Shown here: positions 9,806 through 20,144 of the stretch, piece after piece | Layout of the letters: every line of letters starts with the position of its first letter | How positions within the stretch are numbered: position 1 is the first letter of the stretch | DNA from: an uncultured virus (IMG/VR IMGVR_UViG_3300028184_000121) | Taxonomy: Duplodnaviria; Heunggongvirae; Uroviricota; Caudoviricetes | Length of the DNA stretch: 64,000 nucleotides | Strand: one strand, 5' to 3' | Virus record (IMG/VR): IMGVR_UViG_3300028184_000121 | Location: 1 to 64,000 of that record | Translations under genes and position numbers: made by a program | The notes under the pieces: generated by a model | Seen by the model: the letters and a program-made list of their open reading frames with translations, nothing else | Database searches by the model: none | Told to the model about the DNA's origin: nothing

Positions 9806-10888
9806 ATGAATTTACATTTCAATGAAGATTACTTATTAAGTGAATCTAGCTTATTTAAAAAGCACGTTTCTTCCCATATCAATTTCATCGACTTTGATGT
9901 TATCAAGAAAGAGATGAAAAAGTATACGAAAGAAAACAAGGGTGTTATCCCAAAACCATTAAAAGATGCTGCTACAAAGCTGTATCAACGCCCACCAGAA
10001 GATGTTATTGACACACTTCCTTCAGTAGGTGAGGTACTTAGACTCTCTGTCGTTGTAGGGATTCCGATGGCAATTAACCCATTATACGGAGCATTCACGC
10101 TACTAGCAGACAGAGTTATTCAGAAGAATGTAGATCAAAAGTTTATTGGTAAATACATTGGTCTATATCGTATGCAATTACACAATGTAGAAAAACAACT
10201 CGACAAGACTGACGACCATAATAAACGTCAAGAGTTGGAAAAGATTAAGAAAGATTTAGAGAAAGGTATCGATAAATTAGAAGATGCTAAGATGGACTTA
10301 ACGGCTCATGAATATGAGGACGGTAGTTCTACTCTAAAACATTTCCAAGAGAACGATATTGTAGATATGGCTCTTATGCAAGGGTATCAAGTCTTCTCTG
10401 AGCAATATGCGAAATGTGAAGCATTATATCCTGGTAAAGATTACTTAAATGAAAGCATGAAAGAGAAAGCAACCATTGCAAAATCCACTGTAAACCGTAC
10501 TGAACGTAAGATGGATAAATGGTTTGAGAACTCTTTACAAGCAATCAAGACTAAATTCATGGGTAATAAACGTGAAGATATTATTAAGAATGAGACAGGC
10601 GCTCCATCACTATCTCGTATGATTCGTAAAGCTGCTTTACTAGGTACAGCCGCTGCTATTAACCCAGCTATGGCTGCTATTGGTATTGTGGTAGGATTTG
10701 CGATTCGTTCTAGAATGACTCATGTTGAGAAAGAGAAGTTATTACTCGAACTCAATAACGAGAAGAGAATGGTAGAAGAAAAGATTAAAGACGCTGACGC
10801 ACAAGGTGATCGTACGAAGAAGTATGAGCTTATGCGTTTACAGAATAAGATTAATTTAGACATTGATCGATTAAAACGTTACATCTAA
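9806..10888 (+). CDS. Probable internal head/virion protein with two similar halves
   Basis: ATG 9806 after AAGGGG; repeated hydrophobic AINP segment plus coiled coil; LSE/LNE putative processing sites. Confidence 0.55.
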   Translation: MNLHFNEDYLLSESSLFKKHVSSHINFIDFDVIKKEMKKYTKENKGVIPKPLKDAATKLYQRPPEDVIDTLPSVGEVLRLSVVVGIPMAINPLYGAFTLLADRVIQKNVDQKFIGKYIGLYRMQLHNVEKQLDKTDDHNKRQELEKIKKDLEKGIDKLEDAKMDLTAHEYEDGSSTLKHFQENDIVDMALMQGYQVFSEQYAKCEALYPGKDYLNESMKEKATIAKSTVNRTERKMDKWFENSLQAIKTKFMGNKREDIIKNETGAPSLSRMIRKAALLGTAAAINPAMAAIGIVVGFAIRSRMTHVEKEKLLLELNNEKRMVEEKIKDADAQGDRTKKYELMRLQNKINLDIDRLKRYI

Positions 10889-10901
10889 AGGAGGGAAGAC
10901 G

Positions 10902-11534
10902 ATGGCAAAATTATCAAATCCACTAATACCTATAATGAAATCTTCAAACCAGGATGGTATTTCAATTAAAGGTTTCATACCTGAGGCATTTGATGGGAAT
11001 TGGGATGTTTCTGTTCGAACCAATATTTCATATCCTACTTTTACTATAACATTCCCGGTAGCTAAGAAGATTACCGCTATGAAATATAAGGGTGCTAGTA
11101 TGGGATTCTCTAGTATAAAAGGTGGGATGACGGCTAGTAATTTAGTTACTCTCGCATACACTACAGAATCTGCTGGTGACGTGAATACGTACTATATAAC
11201 CAATGAACCCATGTGTCAAGTTGTAGAAATCGCACTTAGCTCGATTGGAGGATCATCAGGTAATTGGTATGGATACATTAATGAAGTACAATTATATGGA
11301 CCACAGAATTCAGCATTTATTGAAATAAATAATACGTTATATACTGTAAAAAATAAGGTCCTAGCACCTATCGGCGATGTATCGTCTATCACCATTGAGC
11401 AGTATAAAGATAAGGATTTAACAGTGAATACTTTAGTTAGCACTATGATTTCATATAACGGGAAAGACGTCCCATTATTAGATTATTTACAGACTAATTA
11501 TGGTAAATTTAAATTACACACGTTACAGCAATAG
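10902..11534 (+). CDS. Discoidin-like protein, paralog 3
   Basis: PLIPIM, EAFDGN, INEVQLYG, IEINNTLY, KFKLH. Confidence 0.65.
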   Translation: MAKLSNPLIPIMKSSNQDGISIKGFIPEAFDGNWDVSVRTNISYPTFTITFPVAKKITAMKYKGASMGFSSIKGGMTASNLVTLAYTTESAGDVNTYYITNEPMCQVVEIALSSIGGSSGNWYGYINEVQLYGPQNSAFIEINNTLYTVKNKVLAPIGDVSSITIEQYKDKDLTVNTLVSTMISYNGKDVPLLDYLQTNYGKFKLHTLQQ

Positions 11535-11545
11535 GAGGTTTTAAT

Positions 11546-12211
11546 ATGACTGAAGCTTTAGTTCCTAAAATGACAGGGCAAACTACTAGTAATATTAGTA
11601 TCACTCAAAGTGATTTTACATCTAACGGTCCTGCATGGATGTCATTTGATAAAAAAACTGATGATTTTGGTTGGTATTGGAATAATAGTGCGGTAGTACC
11701 ACATCATTTAATAATTTATTTTCCTTATGTTGTTAGTGTAGCATATCTAGAGTTCTACAGAGCTGTAGGTAACACTAAAGGGGCAGGTACAATACAGACT
11801 GTTGAAATGTATGCTGGTAATACTGATCAAAGTCTAATTTTAAAAGATAGTAAACCTGTAGGCTTTACTATAAATGATACACTTAAACGTGTCAACTTCA
11901 CATCACCTATTATGGGTAAGTGTATTAAAATGAGATTTACCGCAGATTCTACCTATACAATAATACCTGAAATGCAGATATTTGGTACAAAGGTACCACA
12001 AGTGTATCTTCTAGCGATGAAAGGTAAATTGTATACTATACAAAATAAAGCTTTAAAACTTGTAAGTAACTTAAATGAACCTGATATCGCTTCATTTACT
12101 GAAGGGTTTGCATTATCAGTATTATATGAACCCGTTACGGTGGACGGTAATCAAATACCGTTTATCAATACATTAGAAGATTTTAAGCTGTATGGAAAAT
12201 TAGGAGGTTAA
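11546..12211 (+). CDS. Discoidin-like protein, paralog 4
   Basis: LVPKMT, AWMSFD, IPEMQIFG, FKLY. Confidence 0.65.
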   Translation: MTEALVPKMTGQTTSNISITQSDFTSNGPAWMSFDKKTDDFGWYWNNSAVVPHHLIIYFPYVVSVAYLEFYRAVGNTKGAGTIQTVEMYAGNTDQSLILKDSKPVGFTINDTLKRVNFTSPIMGKCIKMRFTADSTYTIIPEMQIFGTKVPQVYLLAMKGKLYTIQNKALKLVSNLNEPDIASFTEGFALSVLYEPVTVDGNQIPFINTLEDFKLYGKLGG

Positions 12212-12214
12212 GTT

Positions 12215-12862
12215 ATGGCAAATATACCATTAATACCTAAGATGACCGTTAGTCCAACTAACGGTGTATCTGTGGTAGAAACAAATAGAAATACTTTCTA
12301 TCCCCAAATGGTGGATAGAAATTCTGCTACATCAGTACGTATTCAAGCATCATATCCGGCTGTAAGTGTTAAATTTAATAAACCTGTCAAAGTTACATCG
12401 GTAATGTTTGACCTATATAACTACGGAAGTGTGACAATACAGGGTAAAAAGCCAGGTGGTCCATTGGCTAATATCACATCGTACACGTCAGGTAATATAC
12501 GAAATGTTACAATTAATATTACAGCGGCGGTATACGAAGAAATTGTGTTTTATATAGATGCCCGAGGAAAAGATTCAGCTAATGCTTGGATTGCAGATAT
12601 CTATGACGTACAAGTATATACGGATAGCCCTCCTGTATTTTTAGAAATTGATGGGAAAGTATGTACTATCGTTAATAAAGCGATAAATGTGATAGGGAAT
12701 GCTACGGATATGACAAAGGAGTTATATCTATCAGCCCCATCATTATTTATAAAAGAACTTCATAACGAGAAGATACTATTTAATGGAAAAGAAATTCCAC
12801 TATTACAGTATCTGCAAGAGAATTATCCGAAGTATAAACTACATTATGTAGAAACGTTATAA
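12215..12862 (+). CDS. Discoidin-like protein, paralog 5
   Basis: PLIPKMT, IYDVQVY, LEIDGKV, KYKLH. Confidence 0.6.
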   Translation: MANIPLIPKMTVSPTNGVSVVETNRNTFYPQMVDRNSATSVRIQASYPAVSVKFNKPVKVTSVMFDLYNYGSVTIQGKKPGGPLANITSYTSGNIRNVTINITAAVYEEIVFYIDARGKDSANAWIADIYDVQVYTDSPPVFLEIDGKVCTIVNKAINVIGNATDMTKELYLSAPSLFIKELHNEKILFNGKEIPLLQYLQENYPKYKLHYVETL

Positions 12863-12875
12863 GGAGGTATTACTA

Positions 12876-13496
12876 ATGGCAACTTTAGAAAGTTTAGTTC
12901 CTAAGTTAACAAGTGCACAAGGACCAGGTATAAAGATAACATCTGGTGGTGAAACTGCATGGAAAGCTTTTGATGGACGAACTGAGATTAATGGAGAGCA
13001 GTATGCATGGTCCTTAGCCGGGACTGGTTGGCGCACTATTACGATAGAGTTTGATAGTCCCATTATAATCACGCAATTTGATGTAAAAACAAGTTATACA
13101 GGTCTTACTAGTATTACAAAAGAATCTATCATAGTGGATGGAGGTCAAGATGAATCATTTTCAGTTAAAATAGTTTATGAAAATAGGCTTGTGACCAATG
13201 AATTTAAATTAGCACAACCAAAAACAGGGAAGACAGTTGCACTACAATTTTATGTAGGTAATTCTAGTTCATTCATACAAGAGATAGTTCTATGGGGATA
13301 TAAAATGAAGTCTCTTGTAGAAATAGATGGAAAGTTATTTTCATTTATAGGTGACAAGCTAACGCTTGTATCTGAAACTCATGATTTTACATTAGACCTT
13401 GTAGATCAAAGTACTTCTTTATCAGATATTACTAAAGGTATGGATAGTATAAAGATCATGTCTGATAAATTTAAAATACAAACGGTAATTACATAA
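12876..13496 (+). CDS. Discoidin-like protein, paralog 6
   Basis: LVPKLT, AWKAFDG, IQEIVLWG, LVEIDGKL, DKFKI. Confidence 0.65.
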   Translation: MATLESLVPKLTSAQGPGIKITSGGETAWKAFDGRTEINGEQYAWSLAGTGWRTITIEFDSPIIITQFDVKTSYTGLTSITKESIIVDGGQDESFSVKIVYENRLVTNEFKLAQPKTGKTVALQFYVGNSSSFIQEIVLWGYKMKSLVEIDGKLFSFIGDKLTLVSETHDFTLDLVDQSTSLSDITKGMDSIKIMSDKFKIQTVIT

Positions 13497-13510
13497 TAGG
13501 AGGTGATAAT

Positions 13511-14155
13511 ATGGCAACTTTAGAAAGTTTAGTACCGACATTGACTGGATATACAGGACCAGGAGTAACGATATCGGCATCGAGTGAACGTGATTCTCAA
13601 TACCCTGCATGGAAAGCGTTTGATTCAAGCATCCAATCAGCAGAGACTTGGGGTTGGGGTGCAAATTTAACATCAGCATCGATTAGTGTAGCCTTTGATG
13701 TACCTGTGACACTACATGCAATAAGACTTAAAACCAATGGTAATGGATTTACTGATATTAAATCCATATCAGTGTATACTGATGATGCACTTATTACTAC
13801 TTTTGCATCCAAATTAGCTTGGTGGACAAATAATGGTGGGATTATGGATGAAGAACACACGCTCTCATTGCCACCGACAGGAAAAACTATTAAATTAGGA
13901 TTTATGGCAAATAGAGATGGTAACTATATTGCTGAAATCCAATTACTAGGAATTAAAAAAGATGAAAAATCATTATTGGAAATCGGTAACCGAATGTATA
14001 CTATCTCTAATGGTAATATGCTACGAGTAAATGATTCGATTGATTATACTACAGAGGTATTCGACAAGTACAGTTTGCCAATAGCTATGATTCCTAATCA
14101 TATGGAAGCTATTAAAAATACAGGTGAGTCATTTAAGATTCATACAATTAAATAA
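13511..14155 (+). CDS. Discoidin-like protein, paralog 7
   Basis: ASSE...YPAWKAFD, IAEIQLLG, LLEIGNRMY, FKIH. Confidence 0.7.
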   Translation: MATLESLVPTLTGYTGPGVTISASSERDSQYPAWKAFDSSIQSAETWGWGANLTSASISVAFDVPVTLHAIRLKTNGNGFTDIKSISVYTDDALITTFASKLAWWTNNGGIMDEEHTLSLPPTGKTIKLGFMANRDGNYIAEIQLLGIKKDEKSLLEIGNRMYTISNGNMLRVNDSIDYTTEVFDKYSLPIAMIPNHMEAIKNTGESFKIHTIK

Positions 14156-14173
14156 CAACAAGGAGGTACGATT

Positions 14174-14815
14174 ATGAATCCATTATTATTTCGTCTATTA
14201 AGTGAAGCTGGAGACGATGACAAGAAAGACAAGCCTGCTACACTAGAAGATGCACCAGGGTCTGCTGACCTAGATATGTCAGATGAATTAAGTGCAGCTG
14301 ATGATGACGGAGGTGATTCCCCAGATGATACTACTGGCGACGACACTACGGCAGAAGATAACCCAGATGGTACCGGTGGAGATGACATGGGAGATGATAC
14401 TTCTGGGGACGGCACTGATACTGATGGCGAACCAGATAGTGGTGATGGTGCTACTGAAGACGGCACTGATGGTGACGAATCTGGTGATGGAACAGAGGGA
14501 GAAGAAGAGACAGACAACTCAGTCCTCAAAAAGAAACAATTATTAGAGGAAATGTCTGAGCTATATACCCTGATTAGTACAACATCAAATCAATTGACAA
14601 AAGTAGATACCATTGGACAAAAGGAGACAGCTCTTATTCGATATGCACAAGATGAGATTGGGAGACTGAAACAAACAGTATATGATTATATGATTTATAA
14701 ATTTTCTCAGGATAGTTACGAGCAAAATTTGGTACTTTATTACAAATTTGAAACATCTTTGAAAATATGTACTCAAATAATTGCAAAAGTTAATGATATG
14801 AGAAATGAAAAATAA
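14174..14815 (+). CDS. Acidic low-complexity head protein (scaffold/core-like)
   Basis: LLSEA N-terminus, about 100-aa D/G/T/E-rich tract, helical C-terminus, directly upstream of the capsid gene. Confidence 0.55.
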   Translation: MNPLLFRLLSEAGDDDKKDKPATLEDAPGSADLDMSDELSAADDDGGDSPDDTTGDDTTAEDNPDGTGGDDMGDDTSGDGTDTDGEPDSGDGATEDGTDGDESGDGTEGEEETDNSVLKKKQLLEEMSELYTLISTTSNQLTKVDTIGQKETALIRYAQDEIGRLKQTVYDYMIYKFSQDSYEQNLVLYYKFETSLKICTQIIAKVNDMRNEK

Positions 14816-14826
14816 ACAATTATATA
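14815..14826 (+). promoter_or_regulatory. Late-type promoter AACA-ATTATA-TA
   Basis: Exact consensus upstream of major capsid gene. Confidence 0.75.
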
Positions 14827-14878
14827 ACTGAATTGAAAAGAATCCTATTGTTACTTTGGATAAAAAGGAGAGATTAGA

Positions 14879-16552
14879 ATGATCGAAAACACACCTACGG
14901 TTGGCTCATTTATTGAAAACGGAGCGCAAGGTTTCGTGCAAACGTTATCACGCTTATCTGAATCTTTTGCTTCAGAACATAATCTGGACTATGCAAAGGA
15001 TATCGGCAATATCATCCAGTATGAAAACTTATTAGAACAGTACAAAGAAATCCTTTTAGAGGATTACGTAACTGCTCCAATTAACAACGATGCTGGAATG
15101 CACCAACGTAACGCTTTAAAATTAGACCAAATGTTTGAGAATGCTCGTAAAGAAATTCTTTCTGAGTCTTACTCTTCAAACTTAAATCCAATTGTTGGTC
15201 TTACATTCCCATTACTTAAACGTTACTGGGTAAACTGTGTATATAAAGACTTCATTCCTACTGAAGTTGCAACTGCTCCAGTTGTTAACATCGGTATCGA
15301 ACGTCTGTACCTACAAGATTCTAAAGGTAAGAAATTCTACTTACCAGAAGCATTCGACGAAAACGTTGATGAAATCATGGGTGCAGTACGTCAACGCTTA
15401 ACTGATAAACCAATCGCAGTACCAAATTTCGAATATAACTTAATCGAAGCATCTGGCGGTTCTACATTACAACAAGATACACTTTCTCGTGACTTCTTCA
15501 TTAGTTCTGTAACTGTAGATGTTAAAGGTACTGACGTTGTTGTTAAAACACGTATTCCTGTTGAAGCTGGTTCTGGTTTATTCAATAAAACAATCACAGC
15601 TAAAACAGAAGAAGTAAAAGAAGAAGGTACAGGCAATGTTACTAAACCTGCTGCTTCAGTTACTGATATCGTTCAAGGTTCAGTTGACTTCGAAACAGGT
15701 CTTATCAACATTGGTAGCGTACAGCAAAAAATTAAAGCATTTACTGTTAGCGGTTCTCTATCTAGTGAAAACCACTTACGTACTGCTTCAAGCGGTTGGG
15801 ATAAAGAAACGAAACAATTCGTTATTCCTGATGGCGATCATTTAGCAACTGGTCTGACTGAAGAACGTATCAAAGATGAAAAAATCATCTATAACATTGA
15901 TACAACTGCGAAAGCAATTCAAACAATGACAGACACAGTTACACAATTAAAAGATATCAAAATCAAACGTTACTTAGATGATTCTAAATCTCGTTTAGTT
16001 GGTACAAAACATTACCAACGTGCTATCTTTGACTGCAAACCACCAAGCAGCTACACTAAAACTCCAACTGAATGGAGACAAATCGAGTTAAAAGAGACTC
16101 TAGACCGTCTAGCAATCTCTTTAAGCTACATCTTACGTAACCAAAACGTATACTTCGCAGTAATGGGCAACCCTATGGATGTTAAATTACTTGACCAAGT
16201 AAACTGGATTTACGGACAAGATGCTGAAGTTGGTGGAATTAAACTTGACTACAACATTGGTTTATACAATAACCAAAAACGATTCTTCGTTGTATCATCT
16301 GAGCGTGCTACTCAAGGATCATTACAAGTAGTCTTAATCCCAACTACTGCTGAACACATTACTTACAAACATTTCGAATACCAATTCGTAATCTCTAACG
16401 GATACCGTATGGCTGAAAACGTACGTATTCCTTCAGTAATGTTATTCGAACGTAGCTTAACTGATGAAGTTATTCCAATTCAAGGTGAAGTTAAACTTAT
16501 CAACAACGACGTATTAGGTTCTTCTGAAATCTACGGTCGTTACGACGTTTAA
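14879..16552 (+). CDS. Major capsid protein precursor
   Basis: Strongly biased codon usage; propeptide ending near ILSE|S then NPIVGLTFPLLKRYW, resembling T4 gp23-like N-arm; own promoter and terminator; lies between protease and terminase. Confidence 0.75.
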   Translation: MIENTPTVGSFIENGAQGFVQTLSRLSESFASEHNLDYAKDIGNIIQYENLLEQYKEILLEDYVTAPINNDAGMHQRNALKLDQMFENARKEILSESYSSNLNPIVGLTFPLLKRYWVNCVYKDFIPTEVATAPVVNIGIERLYLQDSKGKKFYLPEAFDENVDEIMGAVRQRLTDKPIAVPNFEYNLIEASGGSTLQQDTLSRDFFISSVTVDVKGTDVVVKTRIPVEAGSGLFNKTITAKTEEVKEEGTGNVTKPAASVTDIVQGSVDFETGLINIGSVQQKIKAFTVSGSLSSENHLRTASSGWDKETKQFVIPDGDHLATGLTEERIKDEKIIYNIDTTAKAIQTMTDTVTQLKDIKIKRYLDDSKSRLVGTKHYQRAIFDCKPPSSYTKTPTEWRQIELKETLDRLAISLSYILRNQNVYFAVMGNPMDVKLLDQVNWIYGQDAEVGGIKLDYNIGLYNNQKRFFVVSSERATQGSLQVVLIPTTAEHITYKHFEYQFVISNGYRMAENVRIPSVMLFERSLTDEVIPIQGEVKLINNDVLGSSEIYGRYDV

Positions 16553-16574
16553 TATAGCTGCCTGATAATAAAAT

Positions 16575-16610
16575 ACCCCATAACCTTTTGGTTATGGGGA
16601 TTTATTTTTT
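16575..16610 (+). terminator. Intrinsic terminator
   Basis: CCCCATAACC-TTTT-GGTTATGGGG + T-rich tail. Confidence 0.85.
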
Positions 16611-16650
16611 CGACATGTAAATAACCATAAAAAGAAAGGGGCTTTTACCC

Positions 16651-17871
16651 ATGAAAGATGGAAACCTACAATATTTAGAAGACTGTTTTACAGACTTACA
16701 GCTGAATGTCACAACTAGAGAAAAGAAACTAGAAGACATGGCTCGCGTATTGAATCGTAAATTTAATCGAGGTATGAATTGTGAAAGCATTATCATATCA
16801 CCAAACGATGGAGAACCATTCGTAATGAGTGTATATCCAATTCGTAACCAATTAAACGTATTAGCAAACGATTTAATCTATGGTGAGACTGCCGATAAAG
16901 GTAAATGGGAACCAAGTGCAAAACGTGTTATTGAGAACATCCGTTATATCATTGAGATTGACGAACGTGTTCTAACAGACATGGTTGCTAAATTTACTGC
17001 AAAAGAATTAACAGCTGTTATGCTACATGAAGTAGGTCATATTATGGACTACAAAGCAAAGCACTCGGAAATGAAGTTGTTATATTCAGATGCTATTTCT
17101 ACAGAACGTATCAATAATGATGAGTTCGATATTATTACAGAAGCAAGTAATGATAAAGTAAAGAAATCAGCGAATATGATTACTCGTCTTTACATTATTG
17201 ATTACTTAAAACATGCTCAATTCTTTAATACTGATGAAAGTATTCAAATGGAAAAACGTGCAGACAAGTTTGTAATCGATTGGGGTTACGGGCAAGAATT
17301 ACATTCTGCCATCCATAAGATTCAAAAACATTATCGTATCCGCTTAGCATCTAGTATGTCAGCAATGGCTAATGCACAAGCTTATGTGAAGATGTTAATG
17401 GCGACTCGTACACGTAAACGTTACATTATGGAGAATCTGAAAACCGAAGCTCGTAAAGAACGTCGTACGTATGTTAAGTCTATGATTGATGAGTTCCACC
17501 GCTTCCTATTTAAAAATGGATTCGGTATGGAAGACCGTATTAAGCTTTACAGCACGGGTATTCAAGAAGGATTCCTTCGAGAAATCATTAGCCCGATAAA
17601 GGTGACGAAGAAAGATATTGACATCCTTGGAGTAGAAATGGAGATGATTGAAACGGTTGATGATAAGATGTCAGTCGTATACAAAATCCATAAACGTATC
17701 TCTCAATTGGATGATTCTGCTATCGCTTATAAAGACGACCGTCATAAGATGACAGAAATCAATTCGAATCGTAACCGTTTATTAGAAATGCTGAAGAAGA
17801 CAAAAGATGTAAAGATTAAAGAAAAGAGTTATGGAATCTTCGTCCAATATCCTGACGGATATCAGGGGTGA
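16651..17871 (+). CDS. Virion-associated protein with zincin HExxH motif
   Basis: ELTAVMLHEVGH followed by EKRADKF. Confidence 0.6.
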   Translation: MKDGNLQYLEDCFTDLQLNVTTREKKLEDMARVLNRKFNRGMNCESIIISPNDGEPFVMSVYPIRNQLNVLANDLIYGETADKGKWEPSAKRVIENIRYIIEIDERVLTDMVAKFTAKELTAVMLHEVGHIMDYKAKHSEMKLLYSDAISTERINNDEFDIITEASNDKVKKSANMITRLYIIDYLKHAQFFNTDESIQMEKRADKFVIDWGYGQELHSAIHKIQKHYRIRLASSMSAMANAQAYVKMLMATRTRKRYIMENLKTEARKERRTYVKSMIDEFHRFLFKNGFGMEDRIKLYSTGIQEGFLREIISPIKVTKKDIDILGVEMEMIETVDDKMSVVYKIHKRISQLDDSAIAYKDDRHKMTEINSNRNRLLEMLKKTKDVKIKEKSYGIFVQYPDGYQG

Positions 17872-17877
17872 TAATCT

Positions 17878-20133
17878 ATGGCAATTAAAAATGATCTTCC
17901 AGATATCTTTGTCAAAGAAGAAAAGGTAAAGAAGAAAGGGAAGAAGGCTGGTCACTCCACGGGATATTATGTCCACGTGGAGACCACCAATCACTCTTTC
18001 TTAAAATTATCAAAACTATTACGTACCAAATTAGGTATTAAGAATAATAAGTTCTTCTTAGCATTATATGATACCAATCTAATTGGTGTTGACCCATATG
18101 ACCCATCTTTACCATTAGCAATTAAGATGCGTGTCATTAAGGAATGTATGAGGAACTTCTGGTACTTTGCCAGAGAAGTTGCACGTATACCAGTAGCCGG
18201 TGCAGGTATCGGTGAAGGTAAACGATTTGAATTACATCGTGGTAATTTGGCTATGCTTTATCTTACGTACTGTAATATTAACTCGTACACAGAACTACCA
18301 CGACAAACAGGTAAAACCATAGGTACCGCAGTATACTTTGTCTGGCTCTTTAACTTCGGTACGACCAACTCGACCATGATGTTAGTAAATAAAGAGCACA
18401 AAGATGCGAAGGACAACTTAACTCGTATTAAGAATATTCGAGATGTTCTACCTGAATACCTTCAATTTAAATTCAAGTTTAATGAAGATGGTAAACGTTT
18501 AAAAGCAGAAGAAAACGTTGAGACTGCATACAACGACAAAACACGTAATCGTTTAGAGACGAAACCAGCAGCAATGTCTGAGGAAAAAGCCGATAAACTA
18601 GGACGTGGTTGTACACAACCAGTACAATGGTTCGATGAGTATGCCTTCTTAGGTTACAATGATATTATCTTTAAATCGGCTTCACCAGCCGCATCTCAGG
18701 CATCTCGTGAGGCTGAAGCAAATGGTAAGCCACATGCTCAGATATTTACATCAACACCAGGGGATATGAAGACACGACATGGACAGGATGCCTTTGCATT
18801 CATCAAGATGTCAGCAGTCTTTACCGATGACTTCTATGATTGGTCTATCCCTGAATTAAAAGAATACGTTGACAATAACTCTGATAACGGATTCTTCTAT
18901 GTAAAATATAGCTACAAACAATTAGGTCGAAGTCAAGCATACTTCAAAGAACAAGTACGTTCTCTAGCGAAGGACTGGGATAAGATTAAACGTGAGGTTC
19001 TGTTAGAATGGAATAACAAAGCCGTTAACTCACCATATGACCCAGATGACTTGAATGAATTAGATGACATCAAACGTTATCCAATCTCTAAACCTATCAT
19101 GATTAACAAGTACTTTAAATTGGAAATCTATGAGCAGGCTGATTATGAATATCCATTCATTATATCAGTGGACGTTGCCGCAGGTATGAGTAAGGATAGC
19201 TCCGCTATTACTGTCATATCTACGAAAACAAAACGTCCTGTAGCAGCATTAAAGAATAACACAATTGATATCCCTACATTATCAAACGTGGTATATGCAA
19301 TCGCAAATGACCATGGACCATTCCCTAACAGTTTAATCGTTGTAGAGCGAAACGGTCAAGGGGAAGGTGTTGTAGGTAACTTAGTACACACTGATATTAA
19401 GCATAAGTTGTTCTATGAGATTTCAGGCGACGATACGAAGGAGAAAATGAAACGTGGAGTAATGGCAAATGATTTCGGCACAGAAAGCCGAGTATACGGT
19501 TTATGGAACAGTGCAAATGTTCGTGAACGTATGCATGATATCCTTGGTAACTTCGTTCGCAAATACAAGAACCGTATTAATATTGATCTTCTTGTAGAAG
19601 AAATCAAAGGTTTACAGTATACAAAAACAGGACGTATCGATCATGCTCCTGGGCAACATGATGACGTTGTTATGGCATACTTATTAGGTATGTATGTATA
19701 CTATGAACATGATTTATCTCGCTTTGGTATCATTCGATTCCCTGACTTTGAAAACGATGATGAAATCGATGAAGCAATGCTAGAACAAATTAAAGAGTCT
19801 GAAGTAAATAAAAATGGTGTAGATGCTGATTTATACCGTACATTAATTGCAGACCTTGATACTATCGACGACCCTCGTTCAGCTAGAATGGCTGAAGCGC
19901 AAGAGTTTAGAACATTGAAAGACTATTATGACGATATCGATAAAGAGCGTGAATCTCATTTAATCGGTAACGGTAATAACTTGCAACAGTTCGATGTATT
20001 CAAGCAACCCGGTTACAATAGTAACGGTGCAGCTTATATACCAAATATGTATGCACAGCCAAGTTATGGACAGCAATCTTCTAACAATGATGATTATGAA
20101 GATTTTGTACGTGATTCATTAGTTGATTATTAG
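17878..20133 (+). CDS. terL: Terminase large subunit
   Basis: PRQTGKT Walker A, WFDE Walker B, TSTPG motif C, nuclease VDVAAG..KDSS and HDDVVMA. Confidence 0.93.
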   Translation: MAIKNDLPDIFVKEEKVKKKGKKAGHSTGYYVHVETTNHSFLKLSKLLRTKLGIKNNKFFLALYDTNLIGVDPYDPSLPLAIKMRVIKECMRNFWYFAREVARIPVAGAGIGEGKRFELHRGNLAMLYLTYCNINSYTELPRQTGKTIGTAVYFVWLFNFGTTNSTMMLVNKEHKDAKDNLTRIKNIRDVLPEYLQFKFKFNEDGKRLKAEENVETAYNDKTRNRLETKPAAMSEEKADKLGRGCTQPVQWFDEYAFLGYNDIIFKSASPAASQASREAEANGKPHAQIFTSTPGDMKTRHGQDAFAFIKMSAVFTDDFYDWSIPELKEYVDNNSDNGFFYVKYSYKQLGRSQAYFKEQVRSLAKDWDKIKREVLLEWNNKAVNSPYDPDDLNELDDIKRYPISKPIMINKYFKLEIYEQADYEYPFIISVDVAAGMSKDSSAITVISTKTKRPVAALKNNTIDIPTLSNVVYAIANDHGPFPNSLIVVERNGQGEGVVGNLVHTDIKHKLFYEISGDDTKEKMKRGVMANDFGTESRVYGLWNSANVRERMHDILGNFVRKYKNRINIDLLVEEIKGLQYTKTGRIDHAPGQHDDVVMAYLLGMYVYYEHDLSRFGIIRFPDFENDDEIDEAMLEQIKESEVNKNGVDADLYRTLIADLDTIDDPRSARMAEAQEFRTLKDYYDDIDKERESHLIGNGNNLQQFDVFKQPGYNSNGAAYIPNMYAQPSYGQQSSNNDDYEDFVRDSLVDY

Positions 20134-20144
20134 GAGGTGCAAGT

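Noticed and set aside
7617..14155. Diversity-generating retroelement as the source of discoidin variation
   Set aside because: No reverse transcriptase and no TR/VR pair differing only at adenines in this window
14140..14529. 129-aa Ser/Pro-rich minus-strand ORF
   Set aside because: Antisense shadow of the acidic low-complexity gene
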